Part shown: positions 11,473 to 23,857 of the stretch, one piece after another | Position numbering within the stretch: position 1 is the stretch's first letter | Layout of the letters: every line of letters begins with the position of its first letter | NCBI GenBank assembly: GCA_965649825.1 | Contig: OZ287702.1 | Coordinates: 1,044,786-1,108,785, forward strand | From: Penicillus capitatus | Lineage: Eukaryota > Plantae > Chlorophyta | Reading direction: 5' to 3' | Length of the DNA: 64,000 bases | Notes under the pieces: model-generated | The model's input: the letters and a program-made list of their open reading frames with translations, nothing else | Told to the model about the DNA's origin: nothing | Database searches by the model: none | Program-made: the position numbers and the translations under genes

Positions 11473-12674
11473 ATGCATCGCGTATGCATAACACGGACGC
11501 CTTTGCCAAGAACAACATGTAAACGGTACACGCGACACCACTGTCCCTGATTTGTGGCTATCAGGCGTCTCTCCACGGTCTATGCATCGACAACATGAGG
11601 TGGATGGATGTGAACGAAAGAGCATCGCGATCTGAGTTCTTTGACGGCCAAGGGTGTGCGCGTGCGTTATTTCGAGGCGTTTGAATTGGCGGGTCCGTTG
11701 AAAGAGACATCTCGTCCAGTCTTCTATACACATACACTCTGTCCTTATGCCCATCGCGTCTGGATGACATTGTTGGAGAAAGCAAGCGGCCACTGCTGTT
11801 CGCTCTGAACGTAAACGAAGGGACAGGAAGTGGATCACGATGTGGTGCATGTTGATTTGCGTGCAAAGCCTGCTTGGTATCGGAAGGTTCATCCAATGGG
11901 TTTGGTTCCGGCGCTCCAGCACCGAGAAGAGATGCACATAGAGAGTCTTGATATCTGCAAGTGGATGAAAAAGCGGATTACTGAGACGCGACAAGCTGTG
12001 ATGCTTCTGATATAGTTATATCGACGGGGCATTCGGTGGTCCGCCCTTAATGCCTTCGGATGAAGAACAGAGGAGAAGAACGCGTCATCTGCTCCAGAGA
12101 ACAGATGCGGTGAGGTCTTGCCTCTCGGAGCAAACGGTCGATGTCTGTGAACAGATCGTGCAAGATGGGCTGAGATGCGTCGGCGGTTCTGATGGACCAT
12201 GGGCCATCGGTGCCGATGCCAGCTTCAATCGAGAGGGCAGTGTGATCAACGAGCAACTGGGAAAACGGAGTCCGACAATGGCATCACACGATGGACCCTT
12301 TCTCACAGGCCCGACTGTGACAACGGTGAGGAACGAATGCTGTAACTCTTGCCTGAAGGTACCATTAGGCAGATCTGATGCTCTTCCCTTTTCTGTGGAG
12401 ATTTGTTTTGGTCGAAGAGCATCTCAGAAACCACTTCTTCGATTGGAGGAGTCCTATGGGGATTTGGCTGGTAAGAGAACAAAAACCTCGTTCCAGTGGA
12501 TATCATACGGGAGGGAGCATTGTATTTCTGCAGAGCACCATGTGTGGTCGCCTGTCGGGCAAAATCTCAAATCCAGACACATCACTGCTCGTCGCAGCAT
12601 ACAAGAAACATAAGAGATTGGATTTCTTTGACTACGAAACCTATCACATTGATCAGCTGCATCCGCACTTATGA
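11473..12674 (+). CDS. Glutathione S-transferase, Cys-type (lambda/omega-like), multi-exon
   Basis: TLCPYAHRVWMTLLEK, VDLRAKPAWYRKVHPMGLVPAL, ESLDIC, DLMLFPFLWRF; start exon uncertain. Confidence 0.8.
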
Positions 12675-13182
12675 CGCACTCAAAGATGACGTTGATGGCA
12701 TTCCGTTTGCACGGCGCGTCAAAATCCGGTAAGGGTGACGCAAGCAACACCGTCAAAAATGTCTTCCAAACATTCGAGTCGATTGACAATGCCTGTTGCG
12801 TGATATTTGGACGCATTCCATTGTTCTCTCCTCCACAACAACGACGACAAGAAAGCGCGTTATTGTCATTTAAAGCAACGAGCAATTCATTCTAGCAAAC
12901 TCCAAAAATGGCGTCAACTGCTCTGTCTACAAAGCTGACATGGCAACGCCGAAGATGTCTGAGTGCACCATTCTAAAACGGCGAAATTCTCAGAGAGTGA
13001 TGCGAAGATTCTAAAGTGATATCGATAGGAATTACACCATCGATCAAAGCGGAAGCATCACATGCGCGCACGTGTTTTGTAAATTGCGACAGGGCCTTCA
13101 TCGACTAAGGCCACCAATCATCCTTTGCATTCGAAACTCAGCGTTCCGTTCAGTGTGATCTGTCGAGGTCGCCTTTGGTCGA

Positions 13183-15475
13183 ATGACTGGAGGCGGTGCA
13201 GCCACAAACAGTCAATCGCTTGGAATGACGTTTCTTTCATTGACGCGTGGTCTTGACCTGACGGCGGACCATGCGAACAACGATACTGCCATGCAGCTCA
13301 AGGGCTGGCGGTTTCCTTCGAGTCGACAGCACTTATGGGATCGCAATGCGATCAGCGAACGCTTTTCGCTACGACCAACAGTAAATTCAGACCGATCTGC
13401 TGACGCATTCTGTCGATGCCTCTCTTGCAACAGCTCTTCTTCCCGGAAACGACACTCTCCCTTGGCGCGCTGAACGAAATCTGCCAGGCGAACGATACAG
13501 CGTCGGTCGAAATGACAGCGACGTGGAGATCAGTGGAGAACGGAGTGTTGGAACTTCGCATCGACACCTCTGCGGATGCACCGTGTCGATCAGCAGGTAC
13601 CATCCATCTCCTCCTCGACAGCCACAGTGTGATGATACCCCAGATCTCATTCTTTGTCACTGCTCGGCGTCGGAACGCGATGACGAAATCGACAAAACGG
13701 CGAAAAGACTCGCCAGCCGCCTCCAGCGATTCTATTCGGATCTGACGGCATCTTCGGACGCTTCCGTTTTATTTCCACTCGTCTTCTCCTTTCACCGACT
13801 GAGAATGAGCAAGGAGAGCATTCTGGAGGGGTTCATCGCATGTCCCGACGGCGCTGTCCATCTGACGCCCATTCGAATGAAGAGTCTCGTCGACACGCCA
13901 CTCGCGTCGTCCCTTCGCTCTGAGATGCGATCGAATAGAGAGCAACGTCCTCAGGTAACTCGGGGCAATGCATGTACCGTTAGGACGATGGTGTGGAAGG
14001 CAGGGTACTTGTCCATGGACACCTGCCGACGGTTGATTCCGTTGATTTCGGATGACGCCAAAGTATGCTCTATGACGCTGGTAGGTATCTGGCTGAGTGG
14101 TCTCTCCAACATCCATGACTGTACAACCGTCGCAGCGTGTCTGCGATTTCACGAGACCGTGAGCATTCGGGACAAAGCGACAGTCGATCGAGCGTTTTTG
14201 GTGCTGTTCTATGAGCGTGGTTCTTATGCTCCTAAGCTCTATGAGTGTCAAGTGGACGGCACAGAGGCAAAACAGAGTCCGTTGTTGTATTCCTGCCGTG
14301 TGCTCGGGAGAAAATCTTCTGGGCGAACGGACGTCAGGATCAAGTGGAAACTCGAAACGATCCAAGAGAAGGAAACACTTGCCTCATCTCAACGGTGCAG
14401 TCATACATCATCGACGGATGGATCTGCTGCCGAGAGCATCATGGATTCTGCCATGCAGCACCGAAAGGAACTCGACGAGGATACACCATTCAGCCACACA
14501 TGCCAAAGAGAAACGCGCCTCAAGAGAACGAGAAACGGAGATCAGATTCCTTCGACGCATACAACGGCAAACAGAGAAGACGATCCAGAAGAGACAGAAC
14601 CTTCGAAAGAAAACCCCCATTCGTTGGTGTCGGATCTTTGTTCGGGAGAATTTATCGGCCATCGTCTGTCTCTCTGCTCCAACGAGGAACACTGTCAAGA
14701 GATGGTTTCGAATCCGAGACCCTCGCAGATACCTCTAGACAATGCACAATGGGAACCGGGCTGGTCTTTTCTTGAATGCATCAGTGCCTCTGATACACAG
14801 TCGCCGAAGGCAACGCCGGACGAGCTATGCAGCACATCTGTTGTAAAAGACAAGGAGATATGCCACGCCAAAGATGTGTCCTGTCAGACAGTGACCGAAT
14901 GGCAACGGGAGACGACACATAGACAAAGGGAACTCGAACAAGAGGTGCTCGATCTGAAGAACAAGGTACGATGCGACACACATCTTTTCTAGTCGATCAT
15001 CCCACAGTTCCCATATCCATAGGTGCTGATGCTCGAGGATCAGATCGAAGGACTATGGATGCATCGACGACAGCTAGCTTCGTTGCCATTGCCATCGAAT
15101 GCGCCGCTCCCCATCTCTGGAGAACCAACGGAACCCAGCACAAATGCATTGGCGCTCGTGGCTGTGAGTGAAGTTCGCGATGCAACGGCCAGTCCGGCCG
15201 AACCACAGGAAAGGGTTCCGGATCCACCCATCGTCTGCGGGGGATCAGTGGTGGCAGTAGAGGAGACCTTTCTGACGCCGATAGAGAATGCGACGGGTCG
15301 ATTCGCCACTCCCGGATTACTGGACCTTCCACTTCCTTTTCTTTCCTGTTCTTTTATGGATCTCCCTTTGCCAGATTTTGATACACACGATTCTGAACTA
15401 GAAATGCTCTCCAGGAAGTATCTGGGGACAGGAGGATTTTCTTCACATGACAACAGTTTCAACGAGTTCGCATGA
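13183..15475 (+). CDS. STIL N-terminal-domain protein (STIL/Ana2/SAS-5-like), multi-exon
   Basis: RFPSSRQHLWD and WKAGYLSMDTCRRLIPLISDDAKVCSMTLVGIWLSGLSNIH match the recalled STIL N-domain; central coiled coil; C-terminal ...LSRKYL. Confidence 0.72.
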
Positions 15476-17160
15476 ATCTATAGGAATCTGTGAGTGCTTT
15501 GTCTTCTCATGGAACACTTTTAGTGAACATCTTCCGGCCTCACACGCTTCTGTGTTAAGAAGCTCTCCATCGTATCGAATCTCGAGGATCTGCTTTTCAA
15601 AGTAGGCACCTTCTGCAGGTCCTGTTACCAAAAACGACACATGCGATACGTATCTTGGAAGATGCCACTTCTTCGCTCCCAGCGCGGATAGTAAACTTGC
15701 TAGGGTCTTGTCATGAGCTGAGAAAATCACTGTCTGCAGGACTGCGTGAACAAATACGTGTCTCTATTCAGTCACCAATGCCACACTGCTTACGTTCGTC
15801 ATCAGCGAAAGGCTGAGGTGAGTATTTGCGGATGCCCCATCGGTTTTTAGTTTTTTGCAGGATTCCAGCAATCTGTGAGGTGATCTCTGTCAACAGCATG
15901 CCTCCAGCCAACCGGCCGTTTTCTGCCGAGAATCTGCAACACCATGCCCAAGTCCATAGGAATGTGTCATGGACAGACAGCGATTCTCACTCTTGTTGCC
16001 ATTTCCACTCCACTGCCTTCTCCAGTGAAGAAAGCACCTTCGTCGAGTTTTTGTAGATGGGAGAAAAGTGCATTCCGGCGTGAACCATCGTCACACAATT
16101 GTCCCAGACTCTCTCCAAAACATGCAGATCTAGTTTCTGACAGTCCTGTTCTATCCTCTCATCCCCATCCATCCTTCTCGCCATCCGATCCATGCAAACC
16201 TCATCTCCGCCCACAATCTGCAAACAGGTCACACTTTGCTACAATGGATCCACACGTGAAGTTACACTTTGCGAAGGATTCCAAACTGACGAGCAAATCG
16301 CGACTCGATCTTCGATGCGTTCTGTGCCCCGTACACATCGGCGATCTTTTGACGGAAGCCTTTGCATCTCTCATACTGCATCATCATTCCAGCCTTCACA
16401 CCAGACGAGCACCATCACCTTGCATCTAGCCAGACAGATGCTCACTTCTTTGTTATTATTTTGAATGATGCGCACATCTGGCAGAGAACCATTCCATCGC
16501 AGTTGTTTGGGGATTCCCAGACATTCTTGCAGACAGGCGTAGGAGGCAGGAACGTGCGGAATGCGACAGTCATCGGCACTTAGTTCATCGACCATCACTT
16601 CTGTGCTGCCATACACAAATCCCAACACCATTGCTCTGGCCGTCTCCGTCGTCCGATCCAGAAACGTGCTGAAAATCTTGAAATCCAGTAATCTTCTCCG
16701 TATCGATGTCGCCTCGCCAAAGTACTGACTCCTCAACTGAGTACCCAACTCGAATGCCTGTCATCATGCACACATTCCAACCAAACCATATGCTGTCAGG
16801 CTATCCACCTGATGCATTCCACGAAGAGAGAGCTGACCGAGGGGTACATCCCAGGTCACATTCTCAAAAGTGTAATGTTGCAGAGCACTTCTGGCACCTA
16901 ACTAGGAACGCTCGCATCCTCTGACTGCACAGAATGCGGAATCACCTACCGTGTCTATTGATGATGACCAGTGCTTTCCGTATGTGCTGCTGCTGCTGGT
17001 CATCCACATCGAATGCGATGGTCTCGTTTGGCGGAGCGCGATGCCAGAAGAAGAACGCACAGAGCAGAAAGACAAGGCCCGTTAACAGAATCCGCTTCAG
17101 CGTTAATATCAACAGAAGGCGACGTTTCTTTCGCGATGGGGCGACCTTCGTAGCTTGCAT
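15443..17160 (-). CDS. Histidine acid phosphatase (clade 2), type II membrane, multi-exon
   Basis: N-terminal TM anchor; RHG|ARS catalytic motif across an intron; LGQLSLRGMHQ; C-terminal IFSAHDKTL (HD motif). Confidence 0.85.
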
Positions 17161-17287
17161 GATAGACGGACTGTCGGTTGGAGAGGATTTCTAACCGGTA
17201 CAATCTATTATCCGCCAAGTGAACGGTGCCTCTTGTCTTCTTCGTCGAGAGAATGCCAAAAGAAAAAAATACGCAGCGAAGCGATCT

Positions 17288-18239
17288 ATGGAGTCACGGC
17301 ACAGAATGAACTGCCGAGCTCAACGATATCTAGGATGTTGGATGTGTGCCGACTGGAGTGTCCGATCTCTCTTCTCTCGACCGTCCGTCGCTTCACGGCG
17401 TATCTGGATCGCATGCGTGAAAGCGTGAGGCGACAGGGCAAAAGCAACAGCCGTTTGGCGTTTTGGACCCCAGAGCTTCCGTCATCTGATGTCGTATCGC
17501 CAATCGGCCAGGCGCTGTCGTTAAGATCGATCGACATTGTCGGATCGCTATGCCACAAGAGACGTCTCCATCATGCTGCCGATGATCCGCATCATCGAGG
17601 CTAAGATTCAGACGTTCCGTCCCGGTCTCCCAGAAGACGAAGATGTCGTCCATCACAAAAGCGTTTCAGGGAATGAAGTCTTTCCTGGCCCGAATGAATA
17701 TCAAGGCGCCGTGGAAGGTATATCGTTCCGAGTGATATCCCTCGTGTCGATGCGCGACATCGGTTGCCGCTCCTGTTGCAGTATACGGGGATCAATTCTT
17801 CCTTTGAGTACCAAGACTACGTTTTGTCGGCAGAAACCTACCGATTACCCAGTCCAGCATCAGCGTCAGCTTTCCTGTTGTGTATTCTTAACCCAGTCGT
17901 GTGTTTCTGTCTGGCAGGACGATAAAGAAGAAGCACTATGTGCCAGATGCCGATCCCGAACACGTATTGGACATCTCTTACTTCAGTAACCTCGAGCATC
18001 CACGAACCCAAACGTCCCATCATCCGTGTCTGTAGATCGCAAATGTGTGGGAACTGATGAAAACCGCTATTCAGGAATCGTCACATACGAGGTGCAAGAG
18101 ATCTCCGCTCTTTCGTAGCACTGTAATGGGGCTGGCTGTTTTTTAGAAGCTGAAGGGAAGGCCTTTCATGAAGGTCTTTGGTACCTTGAAGCGTGTACCC
18201 ATTACAGATGATGGTCCGGACGGAGGATACGCACGCTAA
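17288..18239 (+). CDS. Hypothetical protein, multi-exon (structure uncertain)
   Basis: Successive plus-strand coding-like segments bounded by GT/AG sites, ending ...KVFGTLKRVPITDDGPDGGYAR-TAA 18237-18239; no family recognised. Confidence 0.3.
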
Positions 18240-18294
18240 TCACATTGCACCTTCTGTTATCGTTTGCTGCTAAGCTGAAACGAGGTTACCATCG

Positions 18295-18755
18295 ATGGCG
18301 GTCTCTCTTCCTGTAACGTCGCTGTATGGCGGTCTGTTTGCATTATTCTATCTTGTCCTCGTCGCTCGCGTCGGAATGCTGCGTCTCACGAAGAAAATCT
18401 TTGTCGGAGACGGTGCTGACCTCCAACTGACGTATGCCATACGAGTGGGCATTCCATCTTCCAGTTATCCTCGAGGGCGAGTGGGTCTGTGTCAAAGGGA
18501 CACGGCAACTTTCAGGAATACATACCACTATTCTTGATTCTATTGGGATTGATAGAATTACAACAGCTGTTGTCCACAGTATGGTTGCATGGACTGGCTC
18601 TACTGTGCTGTGCAGGACGTATGTGTCATGCTTATCAGTTCTGTTGGGGAGGACCTGCGCATCTACGCCGCAAAGGCATGATTCTCACCATCATCCCTTT
18701 GACAGTCGAGTCCAGTGTCCTGTTCATTTTCTCTTTAATGTCCATGTTTCCTTGA
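18295..18755 (+). CDS. MAPEG family membrane protein (YecN-like), 2 exons
   Basis: PVTSLYGGLFAL...VGDG...AIR|GHGNFQEYIPLFLILLGLIE...LH...GRMCHAY; about four hydrophobic helices. Confidence 0.85.
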
Positions 18756-18757
18756 CC

Positions 18758-19738
18758 ATGAATCGACGAGAGCGGAAACGGCAGCCGGATGCCGAGGCCG
18801 AACAAGTAAACATAGAATGTCACACACGCACGAGGCGAGGTGTAACGGACGCGGTGGTGCTTTAAGAGTAAGCGTCCACGACTGGAAGAGACGGAGACGG
18901 AGACGGATTGCTGGTTGAGTCTCCTGACGGCGGAAGTAACGTTGAAGATCTTTTCCTGTCTCTCTGCCACCGACCTCGCTTCGGTTGCCTGTGTGAGCCG
19001 CGCTTATCGAAAATTGGCGTCAGAGAATGCCCTATGGCATCGTCTGTATTCTACACGGTATCGCACACAACGTCTTTCTGAAGATCCCATAACTGCCACT
19101 AGGTGGAGAGATGCCAGTGGGATCGAAGATGCGACATCCTCATGGAAGACATGGTACTTCCAGAAGGAGCAACAAGAAACGGGAGATATGTTATTCTCTG
19201 TGGCACCAGATGTCCGAAATCTATTCAAAGACGTTCGTCCATTTCATGAGCCCCATACACAATAGGTGATGGACACGTGTGGATGGTGTAGTTGCAAAAG
19301 GCGAGAAGATGTCTGTCATTGAGTCCGTGTTCCTACGATCTGATCGCCAAACAGTTGCGCAGGATGTCAAGACGCATACCCGAAAAAGCGCAACGGTGGC
19401 TTAAGACACATGGATTCGATACAGAAACTGTGAGGGAGCTCCATGCCACGACGGATCACCATCCGTCTATTGTCGAAATAGCTGGTGTCTTTATCTGTCA
19501 ACGAACAGGACTGGTGCATTTCTGCGACGAACGATGTCAGGAACAGCTGTTGACCTCAGGGCAAAAAGCCTGTCCCATCAGTGGCCACACCGTTCCCACG
19601 GTGCTCCTAAGTCAAGAGGAACGCAGCCAAGAGGAAGGCGAGGAAGAAGATCATGACTACTGTGGGAGACTGGGTCGCGCATTTGCAGCTGGATACGGAT
19701 GCTCAAATGAGACAGAGCTCTGGAAAATGTGGCGCTGA
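18758..19738 (+). CDS. SKIP31: F-box protein, SKIP31-like, multi-exon
   Basis: F-box LTAEVTLKIFSCLSATDLASVACVSR; C-terminal HFCDERC...CPISGH and GRLGRAFAAGYGCSNETEL as recalled for plant SKIP31; first exon ATG 18758 with donor ~18806. Confidence 0.78.
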
Positions 19739-19916
19739 AGGCATTACTGTCATGTCAGATTGTCAACCAGCCCTCAGACTAGTATATTAAATACAAGAAA
19801 AATAAGTTCGACCGACGTTCTCTGTTGTGACTGAATTCCAGACCTTAATCATTTTTCCATCATGAATCCCATAAGCCTTTGAACTTGCAAGTGGCTGCAT
19901 TGCGTGTACGTCGCGG

Positions 19917-21446
19917 TTATGCACGGAGGTGTGATGGTGGATAGAGTGGATCGACCAACGAAGGCTGCATGCCATCTCTTGATAATGGGCCCAGAACAGA
20001 CGGCAGTGCCACTCCTGCTGTGAGCATGGCTTTTCTCTGCTGTTCGTATTGCGCTTCGTTTTGAGGAAAGAACGGAATCGTGAAGACAGGAGGCGAACGG
20101 GCAGGGGGATGGTGTGTATCCAATGCTGCTGAGAATAAAACGCCGCTGTCTGAACTGGGCACCGCGATCTCTCTCTTTGTCTGCAGCTCTTCTTCGGCAG
20201 AGCGCAAGGGTATTCGAATAATATCTTGTGGTGGAAGCTGCACAGAAGTTGGGGATGTCCACGATACCTCTGCCTGCATCATCTCATCGCGTTTTTCCCA
20301 ATGAGCAAACGACTGGCGCTCTTTCTCGCGTCTCAGTTCGTCATAGAGTGCCCTCTGCTGTCCATAGAAGACGGCATCTGATGGTGCTGGATTTGAGCAA
20401 TGCACCAACTGCGAAGGTGCCTCCATCGTCTTCATCTGTTTCTCCAGTCTGAGTCTGTTAACAGTGTGCGATGCCTCCGGTGGCAGCGAATCGATGTTCA
20501 GCAGTCTCTCCGAAGAAAACGGTTGACGAAAATCCGAAGAGGGACTGGATGGTGTTGCCGATCGTCGGATGACGTGACTGGCCGAAAGTGGCCCCAACTG
20601 CGATCTTGGTATCTTCGTGATCCGATGTCGTGTCTCTGCATCTGCCGCAGCTTTGGGTTTCTTCATCTTTCTCTTGGACCAACTGTTCGCTGGCGTCATC
20701 GATGCAGGCTTTCTCTTATCCTGTCCGACAGCAACAGGTGTAGCTCTTTTCGAATCCCACGTGTCCATGAGTTCCTTAGCAGCTGATCGAATCTCCTCGG
20801 TCTTACCGCTCTGTCCCAACCTGAAACCAAACTCCGTAACATTGTCACCAAGTTCTCTGCATGGCAATCAGCCGGACCTCTTGATTTTGATGCGGACTTC
20901 TCGTGCATCTTCTTTCGTTATCGGCAGTTTTCCATATAACTTCAGAATGTTGATCACAATCTCGTTCCATGTTTCTGTCTTGGCATAGAGAAGCAACCAG
21001 TTGTACAGGACAGGCAAAAACTGATTCAATTTCAACAGCCTTTCCAAGATCTTGTTTGTCGTTTTGAGCAGAATTTCTAACACTCCATCATGAATCCAGG
21101 GACGTTTGTCTTCGTTCATGATCATCACCACGGACAGAATATCGTCGGCGCTCTTCAAACCGCCTGATGCGTCGCGCAGTTCTGCCAGATTTTGCAGCAA
21201 AGCAATCTCCGCATTGGTCTGTGGCTCTCGAGGCGGCACTTCTGTCGCTGCCATTTGCCCAGCTCCCGTACGTCGCGATCTCTGTCGTTTGCGACGCGGC
21301 ATCTCTTCCTTCTGCGTCGTTCCCTTTATTCTGCTCTCGTTATCCGACATCTCAAATTCGGTAACCTTAGGCGTTGACGTAGCATCGTGGGAGTGCCCTT
21401 CGGAGTCATCCATCATCGACCGCGGACTCGGTGTCGAATGGCCCAT
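19917..21446 (-). CDS. TFIIS N-terminal-domain protein, PNUTS/LUMINIDEPENDENS-like
   Basis: ILLKTT...FLPVLYNWL...LPIT...EEIRSAAKELMDTW (TFIIS-N); VSWTSP...SAEEELQTKRE resembles the PNUTS/LD post-RVxF region; exon junction and 3' end uncertain. Confidence 0.6.
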
Positions 21447-21659
21447 CTATTGGCACGGATGAGCTCTTCGGTGAAGAAGGGGCCATGGATTCAACGATGG
21501 AGAAGGGAACAACCACTATGGTACAAACACCAATTGTGCGAGGCCGCATCGCGAAGTCTACGTCCTCGATCGAATTCTAATCGAAGGCCTGTATTGCATC
21601 ACGCCGGCTCCGTTCGGTTTTTGAGCAAGGAACGATTTCATTCTGCTTCATACGACTCC

Positions 21660-23505
21660 ATGACATCACGTGCCGTTCTCTGTTCTCTGCGTGCCATCCG
21701 ATTTCCGAGATTGATCTTCAACGGAAGGCGATGGCGTTTCCTGGACTCTGTTGCATTCTACAGCGGACGACCTTGTCCTAGTACATGCCATAGAGCTTGT
21801 AACGCATCGTCTCGTACGTTTCCCAAAGAATCCAGTCAGCACGAACAAACAAACGCAGTGACGAAAGCATTCCATAGCTCGACATCTGCTGTGGTCATCG
21901 ACACCGAGTTTTCGGTTGAGATATCCACAGAGGGGGAGCCGATAAGGAATGATACGGTCCTCCTCAAGTCTCTGGCTCTATCCATTCAAGTTCAGCAATG
22001 TCACATGTACATGCAATATCTGATCATCGCCCTTTGCAGGAAGATGCGATGGAGGCATTGCAGAGACTGATCTTCTGGCATCAATCCTCTCAAAAGCTGT
22101 ACGTCAACAAAGAAATCGTCGAGCTGTCGCTGATTCTATCCGATGACCAACACATACATCATCTGAATAAAAAGTACCTGAATGAGGATCATCCGACAGA
22201 TGTCCTGGCCTTTCCGATGGATGGAATGGAGGACGATGCGATGCCCATCATGCTGTTGGGTGATATCGTTCTCTCCTTAGACATGGCGAAGAGACAGGCC
22301 AAAGAAATGGGACATGACATACTGACTGAGTGTCGTATTTTGTTGGTCCACGCTTTGCTGCATCTTCTGGGTTATGATCATGATCGATCAGAGCAGTCCT
22401 GGGCTGAAATGGCCGAGATGGAAAGGCTGACATTAGCCATGCTTGGATGGAAGGGGAGCGGATTGATTTCCAGTGCAAAGCGACTGATGCTGAACTCGGA
22501 CATCGATCCACCCATCTCATCCTCCTTCTCACAAGATCGTGACCCTCAAGTCAGGAATGGCAACAAAATCGGATTCCCTACGGTGCAGTGCGGCCCCACG
22601 ATGCACGTGCCAAAAGAAGAAGATCGTATTCAGCTGGTCGCCGTTGATTTAGATGGGACGATGCTGACCAGCGATCAACAGATTCGAGATTCATCGAGAG
22701 ATGCGATCCAAGAAGCCATTCGTCGAGGCATTCAAGTGGTTGTTGCTACAGGAAAAGCACGACCAGGTGCCATCAGGGCTTGTCAAAGATATGGCCTTTA
22801 CGGAGAACAGAATCTTATTTCACACAACTCTGCAGGAATTTTTTTACAAGGATTGGTGGTGTACACCGTTGACGGCGACCAAATCACAGGACCTAGCATC
22901 TCGCCGGACGTCACCCGTTCCGTCTTTCAATACGCATTAGAGACAGGCACATCTTGTGTGGCCTTTACTGGGGACGAAGCAGTAACACTGAACAACACAC
23001 CCGAAATCCTAGAATTGCACGAAAGGTGCGTACCATACCATACATTCATGTCTATCTCCCCTGTGCTTGTCTGCTCAGATACTATGAGCCTCTGGCAAAG
23101 GAAATGGCATCGTTGGAGAAGATTCTTGAAGGGACTCCCATCAAGAAGATTGTTTTATTGTCAGACTCCGAATCGATCAAAAACGAAATCCTGCCACATT
23201 GGGAGAATCGCCTGATGAGGACTGGCTCCAAAGCTGTTGTCTCTGTTGCTGACATGCTCGAGCTGATTCCTAAAGGGGTGAATAAATGGGTGGGACTGAC
23301 TTCACTGATGCAGTCAATGGGTATTAATTTTCGTTCCTGTATGGCCATCGGCGATGGCAAGAACGACTATGAAATGGTCAAAAATGCAGCCGTGGGCGTC
23401 GCCATGGGTAATGCAGTCGAAGAGGTGAAGTCGGTTGCCGATCTTATCGTATCTTCCAATGACGAAGACGGAATAGCCGAAGCCTTTGAAAAACTCGTTT
23501 TGTGA
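21660..23505 (+). CDS. YBEY: YbeY endoribonuclease fused to a Cof-type HAD hydrolase (plastid type)
   Basis: LNKKYLNEDHPTDVLAFP, LLGDIVLSLD, LLVHALLHLLGYDH (H3XH5XH); then VAVDLDGTML, VVATGKAR, MAIGDGKNDYEMV. Confidence 0.92.
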
Positions 23506-23857
23506 CCCTAGATCCATAGACTTAATGCGCGCAGTGTCTTTAACTCTTCCTTCCTGCGCCGTCTGATTGTTTTTCTCAATCTCGTTGCCGATGTTTATTT
23601 TACGCTCTCTATGGGGTCTTCACAGAGATGGATGATTTTTCAGCACTTGTGGAGAAATTCGATGGACGGTTTATCCCAGCACAAAGCTGCAATGCTATGA
23701 TATCTGAAAGAAGTCTCTCAGAAACAAATTTCTCTACAGATCTGTGCGTTTTCTGTCACAGAACGGAAGCCTAAGATGTGTGTTCGATATAAGGAAAGGC
23801 GATGTCAAAGACCGTTTAAATGCAAAGCGTCAGTTTTTGTGACGAGACGCCGATCGC

